A DNA stretch of 63,871 nt, counting the filler, from Pelomyxa schiedti (taxonomy: Eukaryota > Protista > Evosea), in NCBI GenBank assembly GCA_020536535.1. It is 7 parts of 7 records of this genome, joined end to end, with 100 filler letters (N's around TTAATTAATTAA, not from the genome) between each part and the next. Parts side by side here need not be neighbours in the genome. Positions count along the whole stretch, not along the records: positions 21,963 to 27,282 come from JAHLWZ010001505.1; positions 27,383 to 34,233 come from JAHLWZ010001393.1; positions 34,334 to 38,043 come from JAHLWZ010001701.1; 4 more parts are not named here. One strand, given 5' to 3'. A program made the position numbers and the translations under genes. Shown one piece after another: positions 26,357 to 36,278 of this stretch. The notes below the pieces were generated by a model. It saw nothing but the letters and a program-made list of their open reading frames with translations, had not been told where the DNA came from and made no database searches. Numbering within the stretch: position 1 is the first letter of the stretch; each line of letters opens with the position of its first letter.

Positions 26357-26890
26357 ATGAGCAACAGCACAGGTGGCACCACAATTAGCAGTGTTGGCAG
26401 CAGCACAGCCAACACAACAGCTTATCCATCCGTCTCATCGATGTCCCCCCCGACGCTCAAATGGAACCTCTGCACGCACGGCAACCCCAACGCCACCGAT
26501 CTCGGGCGACACGGTGGTGCGCGAGGGGAGCTTCTACCGCAGCGTGGTGTGCCCCGACGCCGGGGTGCCCAAGCCCTGCTGCTCCCTGCTGTTCCAGGTG
26601 CGCGTGCTCGACGTGGACCGACGACACGTGGGCCGGCGGCCTCTCCCTGCGGACCCCGCTGCCTGCCAACACCAACGCCGTGTCTGAGACCCTCGCCAGC
26701 GAGACCGTGAGGAGGCTGGGCCTGGAGGCCAAGCGGGGGGGATCTGTTCGGGATATCGTTGGACCCGCGGTCGGGGAGGACCAGGCTGTGGCACAACGGG
26801 AGGAACTGGGGGGAGATGGAGGAGAGGGACTACCCTGTGATGCCCACTGACAGGCTGTTCTGGTCTCGTGCCCCTGCCTCCATGACCTGA
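26357..26890 (+). pseudogene. SPRY/NHR-like beta-domain gene broken by three single-base insertions
   Basis: A coherent peptide (LFQVRVLDVDDTWAGGLSL...GDLFGISLDP.SGRTRLWHNG..WG) is recovered only by removing one base near 26505, one near 26619 and one near 26738. Confidence 0.6.
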
Positions 26891-27382
26891 GACAGGGAAA
26901 AGGGTTTGGCTAAAACTTCTTTGAAGAAAACACAGTCTGCTTTGGTTGTGGCACAACATGGACAGCTGAGATTTTTTCCATCCTAACAACAACAGGCGTT
27001 GTTATGTAGGGATGAAGGGGTGCAGTGGACCCTGCAGGACTACGAACCAATCGTACGAAAGGGATAAGGGATTCTCTTAATTCTCGTTATCGTCTGTTGT
27101 GGGTGATTCGTGCTTGGAGTGATGGTGACGTCAGTGCTATTGTGTGTGATGGGAGATCAGAGTCCTGAGTCAGTTCTGGTCGGGGTGACCTTGACTGTGA
27201 TTGGTCAGAAAGTAAGCGCCTTGAGCACTGTTGTTTCCATAACTGTGGGGTACCACCCAACCCAGTGACCAATCACAGTCAANNNNNNNNNNNNNNNNNN
27301 NNNNNNNNNNNNNNNNNNNNNNNNNNTTAATTAATTAANNNNNNNNNNNNNNNNNNNNNNNNNNNNNNNNNNNNNNNNNNNN

Positions 27383-27893
27383 CTTCTTCTTTTGGAAAAG
27401 TCTCCACTTCTGATGTTGATGATGTTGCAGAGGACTTGATCCCCCACAAAACCTTTTTTGTGAGTGTTGAGATGTTCCTGGCACACTCCTGGATCTCAGA
27501 CTCACTGTTTTGCACCGTCAGTGTCTGCCCAAGGAGTTTCTTGCATGCAGAATCTGATTCGTTCAGTTTCATCACCAGTGTGCCTTTCCATTCAGTGAGT
27601 TTCTTCAGGTGTGATGCCAGTTCCTCGTTGGATTCTGTTGCTCTCTGGAGACTGTCATTCACTTTTCTCAGCGATTCCTTGAGCAGGACGAACTGTGGTG
27701 CCAAAATCAGCAACTGAGACTGGAGCAACTTTGCTGCTTCAAAGGCTTCCCTGAACTCAGAATGCGTTGTTGTTCTCACAAGAATCAACATCCTTTCATC
27801 ATCTTCCTGCTTTTTTTGAAGTTGGTCTTGCAGTTGTTGGAGGTTTTTCTTCACTTGGTTGATTTGCTCACACTGGCGCACTTTGTGTTTCAT
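27383..27893 (-). CDS. Coiled-coil protein fragment, truncated by the gap; its 5' end overlaps the motif array
   Basis: Heptad-rich ORF QINQVKKNLQQLQDQLQKK...LASHLKKL. Confidence 0.5.
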
Positions 27894-28340
27894 TGTCTCA
27901 AAGTGCGCCTGAGCAGACATTGAACACAAAGTGCGCCAAATGGGCACTTTGGCGAACCGACTCTGAAAAACCACGTGACACAAAGTGTGCCGCGGCGCAC
28001 TTTGTGTCATGTCACTTTGACGGTGATTTTTTGGATTTACTAAAAATCATGAATAAATGGTGGGAATCGTGTGCCCCCAACGTTTTTTGTGTTGTACACT
28101 GGCTCAAACAACCGAACAACACGTTTTCCAGGTGAACCACAACACTCTACCACCACGAACACAAAGTGCGCCGACCGACCAGCGCACTTTGTGTTTTTTG
28201 ACTGGGCCAACACCGTGACACAAAGTGCGCCATGGTGCCCACTTGGCGCACTTTGTGTCCCGTCAATCGTCAGTCTCAAAGTGCGCTGAGTGGCTGCCGA
28301 TGCCGGGAAACGTGAACTTGTGAGTGTTCTGCTGATTGTC
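27869..28340. repeat. Cluster of ACACAAAGTGCGCC motifs in inverted pairs
   Basis: Ten or more motif copies; hairpins near 27978-28007, 28158-28195 (14-bp perfect stem) and 28218-28259. Confidence 0.9.
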
Positions 28341-28389
28341 GCGCACTCTCTGTGTCAATTTTGGTTCTGTGTTGAGGGGGAGCAGGGCA

Positions 28390-28830
28390 GGAGACAATTG
28401 GTTGGGGGTGGTGGGTGAGGGTGATGCCACTGATTCCAGATCCCATCCATCCCTATCTATGCCATGGAGGTCTCCCAGCAGGGAGCAGAAATTGCAGGCA
28501 TGACACAACACAGACCACCCATCACCCTCAATTGTGTGTCTTTCTCAACTGTTGGCAATGATGTGTGCGTCATGCCTTGTAACTTACAAGGGGGTAACCT
28601 GTCCCACTGGTTTCCTGCTGTTGGGGTGTTTCTGGAGGAAATAGGGTGGTTGTTAATACTCTGGATCTGTTTGATTTCTGATTTCACTCACAGTGTAAGC
28701 TTGGGTTCCTGTGAGGTGACACACAAGAGAACCTTCAGTTCCCTGCAATAGACACACAGTTTGAGTGAATTTTTTTCCACTCCAACACAAAGTGCGCCGA
28801 GGAATGGAAAATCCTGCTGTAAATACAGTG
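28390..28830 (+). repeat. 441-bp inverted duplication, left arm
   Basis: Reverse complement of 32268-32708; I see one C/T difference. Confidence 0.95.
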
Positions 28831-29050
28831 AAGGTTGAGCTCAAGGTTGTGTACTACCTGTTGAAACACAAATGTGTGGTTTAGGGGTGGTGGACTACAT
28901 ACTAAACAAGGATTCGTGTGTGATTGGTTATCTCAGGCAGTTTAGGGGTAGATTCTGTGTCCTTGAGCATAAGTCCCAAAACGAATGGGAGTGAGAGAAG
29001 AAAGATTCTCTTGTTCTTTTGTTGTTTATTAAGGGATACACAGAGAGTTT

Positions 29051-29071
29051 GGGTTAGGGTTAGGGTTAGGG
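29051..29071 (+). repeat. Interstitial telomere-type repeat GGG(TTAGGG)3
   Basis: Direct reading; flanked by a direct repeat of AGGGATACACAGAGAGTTTG. Confidence 0.7.
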
Positions 29072-29748
29072 ATACACAGAGAGTTTGTGGGGTTGGGTTC
29101 AACGGCTGTGATGTTTCAAATCAATTCTCAAGTGTGTATGTAATCAAACATGTGGCACAATAAACAACAGTTGGAACCAGGAGAACGAATGGAGAGATCA
29201 ACAGGCAGATCAGTGAATTGCAGGAACATTTCTAAGGCTGGTTCTCCATACAATATCAACCAACACCGCAAAAACACCGGAACTATGTACCTCTTGTCAT
29301 GAGGTACAGAGCCGTACTACTGGCAACAATGGGAACGAACACCAGAGGGAGAACGAAGCCAATCAAGAGTAGATTTGTTTTCTGTGAAGGTGAACTGAGG
29401 AATTCCGAATTTGGGAAGAGGGCTGGTTCTCCCTCCCACAGCAACCGAACAACGCACCGACAACGGGAATATGTACCCATTGTTATGGGGCATACAATGA
29501 CACCACTGCCAACAGTGGGAACCAACACCAGACCGAGAACAAGACCCATCAAAAAATTGATTTGTATCCAAAAAAAAATCGATGTGGTTCTTGCTGCTGT
29601 GTGGTCACACCGCACAGTGAGTGGTGTGGTTTGGTGTGTTGTGCAAAGGGGTCTCCAGTCTGGTGGTATTTGTGCCAAACAGTTGCTGGGGGGCCAATAA
29701 CGATGACCCTTTTCATCGGCACGAATCACCAAATTACTTGTCAACCAG

Positions 29749-29950
29749 TGCACCGCGGCGCACTTTGTGTTTTGGAAGAGGACTTTTCACGTGACCCAAA
29801 GTGCGCCAGTGGGACACTGGCGCAGATGTGCGAAAATCGGCGCACTTTGGGTTTCGATTTCTCGGAAAAAAAAAAACACCCAAAAAATGGTTGGCGCACT
29901 TTGTGTTTTACAGAGCAATTTTCCTGTGGTTCAAAGTGCGCCACCGTGCA
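29749..29950. mobile_element. MITE-like non-autonomous element (202 bp)
   Basis: 19-bp TIRs TGCACCGCGGCGCACTTTG / CAAAGTGCGCCACCGTGCA (17/19 match), flanked by CCAG on both sides, with internal AAAGTGCGCC motifs. Confidence 0.7.
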
Positions 29951-29954
29951 CCAG

Positions 29955-30354
29955 TTATGACTTCCACAAAGTACACGAACTCAGCCTTCTCGCGAGGCTC
30001 TGAAGTCTGGTGCACTTTAGTGGGATTGGAGAGACTGAGGACTGAGCCGAATCTGGACTATTACCAGAATGAGACAGCGAAGGTAATGATCAGCACACAG
30101 CGCAGCTGGGTGCACAAATACAGCAACAACAACGCAGCATGCGGTTTTGATTACATGCACACTTGTCCGAGAATCCATTTGAACATCGCAGCCTTTTAAC
30201 CCAATCGCACAACCACTCTGCAAGATTTTACACACTCCCTTTTTATCCCTTTACACAACAACAACGAGAACAAACAAGAGAACACTTTATTCTCTTCACT
30301 CTCACTCGTTTTCTTCCTCTGTGGGGCTTATTCTCGAGCCCACAGAAGCTAACA
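29955..30354 (+). mobile_element. LTR copy 1 (5' end diverged), followed by the degenerate PBS-like TGCTGGAGATGC
   Basis: Aligns to 31323-31724 and 32741-33139; ends GAAGCTAACA. Confidence 0.8.
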
Positions 30355-30914
30355 GTTTCACGTGCTGGAGATGCACTTCCTTTTGGTTGTTCGTTGTTGT
30401 TGTTTGTGCTGCCATGGTCCATTACATGATGGGCAGGCACACACCTTGGGCCGAGGATGAGTTTCAATGACAGGTGGTACGCTCTCGATTGGTGTTGCAA
30501 TCGTCGGCCCAAGTGCGAAGGCAATCCATGGAAACATCATCGTGGCCACGTTGTTGCCACTGTGGCACGCCACATGATCGGCACCACTGCTGTCTTGCAT
30601 CTTCGGTTATGTTTGGCAGTGGACGAACAGAGTGCAATGTCAGGCTTTCCACCCACTTCACCTCGGCACTGACACCCCTTACTCTTGCTCTCTCACTCCT
30701 GCTGTGCACCCACACACCACTCCACTGGCTCCCACCTCTACACATGATTACCGGAAAGGCAGCGACGACCTGTTCAGGTGTGAGTGCTGGACCTGTTTTG
30801 AGTTGAGAGGGAACACAAGGGAAAGTGGAGGCTCCAGCGAGGGTTGGAGGGTGATGAGAAGTTCATTGGGATGCCTTGTGTGTGGTCTCAGCTCTCTGAG
30901 TTGCTCCCTCAGGC

Positions 30915-31915
30915 TCAACAAGCCATCGTGGAGTTGAGCCTTTCCAAGGCAACTTTATCATCAATATCACCTGCCTCTTGTGGTGGTAGCCAGCACATTT
31001 GTGCTGAAAAGATACCACACACACACACCTCAATCAGCTGGCAGTGTTCAAACTGTGATGATCCCATTTGATGTTTCACTCCTGGATGACTCGCACCTTG
31101 AAACATGTTGTTGTTGTTGAGGGTGCCCTTCAGTTTGAATGATGATGGCGATGATGACGATGACAGTGTTGCAACACCCTCACCACCACGGCACCCTTTT
31201 TGGGTGAATGTGCCTTCAAACATGTCACCGTTTGGCCACCTTCTCGTCCCCTTTGTTGGAACACCACCCTCCCACAACCCAGTGAACAATGATCCATCCC
31301 TGCTCCACGTCTTGGTTCCTTCTGTGTACTTCCACAAAGTACACGAACTTGGCCTTGCTCGCGAGGCTCTGAAGTCTGGCGCGCTTTAGCGGGATTGGAG
31401 AGACTGAGGACTGAGCCGAATCTGGACTATTACCAGAATGAGACAGCGAAGGTAATGATCAGCGCACAGCGCAGCTGGGCGCACAAATACAGCAACAAGA
31501 ACGTGGCAGGCAGTTTTGATTACATGCACACTTGTCCGAGAATCCATTTGAACATTGCAGCCTTTTAACCCAATCGCACAACCGCTCTGCGAGATTTTAC
31601 ACACTTCCTTTTTACCCCCTTCACAACAACGACAAGAACAAACAAGAGAACACTCTTTATTCTCTTCACTCTCACTCGTTTTCTTCCTCTGTGGGACTTA
31701 TTCTCGAGCCCACAGAAGCTAACACTTCACCGTGCTCCTTCCCCTGCACCCACTGGCCATCATACCTGTCACCGTTTGCCCACAGCCTCACACCCTGACC
31801 ATGGAACACGTTATCCTTCCACTCACCAACATAACTCCCTCCTCCAGCACCAAACAGGATACTCCCTGTTCCACATTTCTTGCTGTGATCGATTTGACCA
31901 TGGTAGATGTCACCC
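30915..31915 (-). pseudogene. MORN-repeat gene disrupted by a solo LTR
   Basis: Removing the LTR and one TSD restores YVGEWKDNVFHGQGVRLWANGDRYDGQWVQGKEHGEGTKTWSRDGSLFTGLWEGG...WPNGDMFEGTF. Confidence 0.85.
31323..31724 (+). mobile_element. Solo LTR (402 bp) with 4-bp TSD CTTC
   Basis: TGTGTACTTC...GAAGCTAACA termini; CTTC at 31319-31322 and at 31725-31728. Confidence 0.88.
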
Positions 31916-32189
31916 TAAGAAGTGATCGGCAAAAGTCCAAAGGGTGAAAAATGCATCGGAGCGCGGGTTTGCGGTGGTTGTTGCCGTCGAGGCGTCTGTG
32001 TTTGTTGCCAGTGGGTGCAGGGGAAGGAGAATGGTGAAGGAACAAAGACATTCATGATTTGCTCTCTGTTCCTGAGAACGAAAAACTTGATTACAGAGCC
32101 CAACTCCAATTGTGGGAAGTGTTGGTTCCCACTGAAACTCACAGTGGCCACCCTGGGTAGTTGAATCCACCAAACACAGCCTGGTTAAC

Positions 32190-32310
32190 TTGTGGCGCAC
32201 CTTGAACCACAGGGTTTTGACTGGAACACAAAGTGCGCCACTTGGGTTCCTAGTGGCGCACTTCCGACACTGTATTTACAGCAGGATTTTCCATTCCTCG
32301 GCACACTTTG
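32190..32310. repeat. AAAGTGCGCC motif cluster, homologous to the right end of the 29749 MITE (inverted)
   Basis: GTGGCGCACCTTGAACCACAGG...AACACAAAGTGCGCC matches the reverse complement of 29890-29945. Confidence 0.75.
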
Positions 32311-32708
32311 TGTTGGAGTGGAAAAAAATTCACTCAAACTGTGTGTCTATTGCAGGGAACTGAAGGTTCTCTTGTGTGTCACCTCACAGGAACCCAAGCT
32401 TACACTGTGAGTGAAATCAGAAATCAAACAGATCCAGAGTATTAACAACCACCCTATTTCCTCCAGAAACACCCCAACAGCAGGAAACCAGTGGGACAGG
32501 TTACCCCCTTGTAAGTTACAAGGCATGACGCACACATCATTGCCAACAGTTGAGAAAGACACACAATTGAGGGTGATGGGTGGTCTGTGTTGTGTCATGC
32601 CTGCAATTTCTGCTCCCTGCTGGGAGACCTCCATGGCATAGATAGGGATGGATGGGATCTGGAATCAGTGGCATCACCCTCACCCACCACCCCCAACCAA
32701 TTGTCTCC
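32268..32708 (-). repeat. 441-bp inverted duplication, right arm
   Basis: Reverse complement of 28390-28830. Confidence 0.95.
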
Positions 32709-32740
32709 CCCCCCCCGCTCCCCCTCACCAAACACCCAAC

Positions 32741-34233
32741 TGTGTACTTCCACAAAGTACACGAACTCGGCCTTGCTCGCGAGGCTCTGAAGTCTGGCGC
32801 GCTTTAGCGGGATTGGAGAGACTGAGGACTGAGCCGAATCTGGACTATTACCAGAATGAGACAGCGAAGGTAATGATCAGCGCACAGCGCAGCTGGGCGC
32901 ACAAATACAGCAATAAGAACGCGGCAGGCGGTTTTGATCACATGCACACTTGTCCGAGAATCCATTTGAACATCGCAGCCTTTTAACCCAATCGCACAAC
33001 CGCTCTGCGAGATTTTACACACTCCCTTTTTACCCCCTTACAACAACAACGACCAAACAAGAGAACCCTCTTTATTCTCTTCACTCTCACTCGTTTTCTT
33101 CCTCTGTGGGACTTATTCTCGAGCCCACAGAAGCTAACAAATTGGTGGAGGATGCATCACGTTCTCCGTGGCTCGTATCCAAACACTACGCAACATCGAA
33201 ACTCGTAACTCACTCGTAACTCGTAACTCGAACTGAACCGATTACACCCGATCTCCGATGCTTCGATTTTACTTGGGACCTTGCGTAAACCTACGAGGAC
33301 ACACCTCGTAACTCGAACCGAAACTCCGACGATTACACCCGATCTCCGATGCTTCGATTTTACTCGTGGACCTTACGTAAACCTACGAGGACACTACGGC
33401 ACACTAACGACACCGTACTTCGTTCGGCAGACATTAACCCAATTGCCAGATACTACCCGCGGCACTAATTCACATCACTAACCCTTATCTTTCCGATCAC
33501 CACGATGATTCGATGTTTTCGAGACTCTCACGAAGACTCTTATCGACCTCCAAATCGTTTCCTTTCTCATCTGTCAACGCACAGTTTGGCCCTGGACCAA
33601 GAACTACCCACAGAATATAACTCAGCCCCAAGTCAGGCCTGATCATGCTCCAAGACTCAGAGAGCTGTCACCACGCCACATACATATATGATAACTACTA
33701 TGTTCCTACTATGCACTGTACCTGTACGTGGAATACTCACGATCACGATCCATTACTACCGACACGACCTGCTTCACTGGCAACGAGTACGACAACACCG
33801 TCTGCGTTGAACAACCCGTTCTTTCTCGACATCGACATCGACATCGACGATGAAGGACCCGTCGGCATCGTCCCACCAACCAACCATCAATCAGATTTCC
33901 TTCAAGGAAGAATGAAAAAATTCGATTCGATTTGCTTGATTTATGAAAGATCTTCAATCTCTTACTTCGCGGTACTGAGACGAGCATAGTGGAGTCAGGA
34001 GAGACATGCGGAAATGCTGGAAAGCAGCCGCAAACCAGCGGAAGTCATACGGCAATGCACGGGCATGCAAATCCCACGGCAAAGATAAATACAGCAAGCT
34101 GGCATCATGGATGCCAAGCCCTCAAGGAACCAGAACTGGCAAGCCTGGAATCTGCACTGAGATTAGGATCAGTGATTCCACAACCAGAACCAACCTTACA
34201 GCACAACGGCCAGCGCTTCTGGAGAGTCTAATT
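32741..34233 (+). mobile_element. 5' LTR (32741-33139), PBS (33143-33155) and degenerate internal region of an LTR retroelement, truncated by the gap
   Basis: The TG...CA LTR is followed after 3 nt by TGGTGGAGGATGC. Tandemly duplicated leader at about 33195-33410; internal ORFs are broken by stops; no RT or integrase is visible. Confidence 0.8.
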
Positions 34234-34444
34234 NNNNNNNNNNNNNNNNNNNNNNNNNNNNNNNNNNNNNNNNNNNNTTAATTAATTAANNNNNNNNNNN
34301 NNNNNNNNNNNNNNNNNNNNNNNNNNNNNNNNNAATTCACACTGAACCCACTCAACCCACACAAAGACACTCCCAACAATTTCACAAAACACCACCCCCG
34401 AAACAGCATCACACAGAAGCACAACCACCACCACTGGAAAAGCA

Positions 34445-34687
34445 CTATTTCCACACAAAACTCCGGTTTTTTTCCCCCAAGTTTGCCGCACCCCAACTTT
34501 GTGTGGAGTAAACTAAGTTGGTTCCGGGAGTAAACTCCGAAAAGCATTGGCCGTCCCAATGATATGTGTTTGTGGTTATTCTCCAAGCAACGGCAGCCTC
34601 TTCCTCTGTCAAGTACCTTTTCAAGAAGTGCAGTGTCCAAAGCGACCATAATGGTTTTAAACCTTTTCCTGAAAGGTATTTGCCCAC
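34445..34687 (-). pseudogene. Possible PIF/Harbinger (ISL2EU-like) transposase N-terminal HTH fragment
   Basis: KPLWSLWTLHFLKRYLTEEEAAVAWRITTNTY resembles the LW.L.FLK.Y.TE...A..F.V...T helix of such transposases; the catalytic DDE region is not visible. Confidence 0.4.
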
Positions 34688-35006
34688 GTAAATGATGCCT
34701 GTGAAGACGACAAAGACTGTATTTTAAATGACTACCACTAAGCCAAAAAAAAACCTTAAACACATTCTCTGTGCTGCACCCGGTGTGCATCTCCACCATC
34801 ATTAAGAAATTCATTTTTTTCTTTTTTTAATGCCCCCTCCTTTGTGTAAGCTTTAGATTTTCTTTTCTTAGATTCTCTTTCTTTCTTTTTTCCCTTTGAC
34901 TCCACGTCTGTTGAGACACTTGCTTTTTTTTTTTTTTACCCCTCTTTGTGAGCCCTAATTTTTTTCTCCTATTATAAAATAAATTCAACCATCAAGTAAC
35001 ATCGGC

Positions 35007-35800
35007 ATGGGAAAACCAACACCAGTCAAAAAGGTACCGATACCAAAGAAAAGGTCCCTGGGCAACAACCACTGGACAGAGACTGAGAAAGCCGATTTTC
35101 GCAATTTGCTTGACCTTCTTGGGTATGCAATTGAAAATCCACCTGAACAAGAGGACATTTTAAAGGTGGCCACTCATTTTACCACCAAGACTCTTCGGTA
35201 TTGCTTTTTGTTTTTTTTAATTATTTATTTACATTCTTTTGTTGTGCTCATTCTGTTTTTCTTTAAAGTCAAATACAACAGCATTGGGAATATTACTCCC
35301 GAAAGGCTCGTGAGGAAAAAGATATTGGATAGTGAAGGTTCTGCAGAGGAGGCGGAAACTGTACCCCGAAGGAAACGGCCCCCAAAAAAAACTGATGTCA
35401 TTCTGGATGAGCTTGCTCTTCTTGGTGGTAAGGAGCACTGTTTTTTTCTTTTATGACTTATATTAAGCAGGAAATCATGCAGACTTGTTTTCAGAGGATG
35501 CCGAGTGTTTCCAGCAGAAAAAGAAGCAAGCAAGCCGGTTGCAGGCCCTATTGGGCAAGAAACAGCGCACATCTTCAGGGGAGCCTGAGAAACCAAAGCA
35601 ATGCTGCTGGCTCAGTGAGACATCAAGCCAGTACCGCATTTGGTTTCCAAATTATGGTTTGTAACCTTTTGTCTTGGTCATTCTAATTATTGCCAGGAGT
35701 AGACCTGCACCCCCGCATCACACAGTCGGCCCTGTTACTCACATCAGAGCCAGATAGTATCGACTTGCCTTTAGTACAAGGCGGCAATGTCAGCGGCGCG
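35007..35800 (+). CDS. Myb/SANT-like, basic nuclear protein (multi-exon)
   Basis: KKRSLGNNHWTETEKADFRNLLDLLG plus NLS-like tracts; introns at about 35198 and 35428. The 3' end is uncertain. Confidence 0.45.
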
Positions 35801-35812
35801 GAAAGACCTATA

Positions 35813-35965
35813 AGGTGTCGGCGACATCGCCGCGTCGCCGAGAGGGTCTCCCGCCAACGCGGCGATGTCGGCGGCGCGGGGAGACCTCCCAGGTGTCGGC
35901 GACATCGCCGCGCTGCCGAGAGGGTCTCCCGCCCACGCGGCGGTGTCGGCAGCATCCCGCGCTGC
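35813..35965. repeat. GC-rich tandem unit (~78 bp x2) with internal hairpins
   Basis: GACATCGCCGCGT (35823-35835) pairs perfectly with ACGCGGCGATGTC (35857-35869); second unit at 35901-35947. Confidence 0.85.
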
Positions 35966-36278
35966 CGAGACCTGTTGCGAGATCCCTACTCTCGGCGGCG
36001 CTCTTTTCTTCCCGCGCCGTCTGCGGCGCTCTCGCAGCCTGCGGCGCTCTTCTCATCAATTTTTTTCTGAGGTCTAATAGAATGGTTCTCCAGGGATACT
36101 CAGTGTTATTTGTTTCAGGAAATTCATAATAAAAGCCAATTACAGGACTTGGGCACCATTTTCCCTATGTGACAACAAGAAATACATGTGAACACTGTGT
36201 GTTGCTCACACTGTCGTGTTGCAGTGATTTTAGAAGACAACTCAGAAAATTTTCCTCATTTTGTTTTTGCACTGTTCG

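Noticed and set aside
27869-28340. CRISPR-like array of repeated palindromic motifs
   Set aside because: Mixed orientations, irregular spacing, a 14-bp unit and no cas genes; eukaryotic context.
28464-28751. Identical 95-aa ORFs at 28464 (+) and 32347 (-)
   Set aside because: By-product of the inverted duplication; no domain, and other frames look like a decayed gene fragment.
29955-31724. LTR copies 1 and 2 as the two ends of one element
   Set aside because: Copy 2 has its own TSD and interrupts a MORN gene on both sides, so it is a solo LTR.
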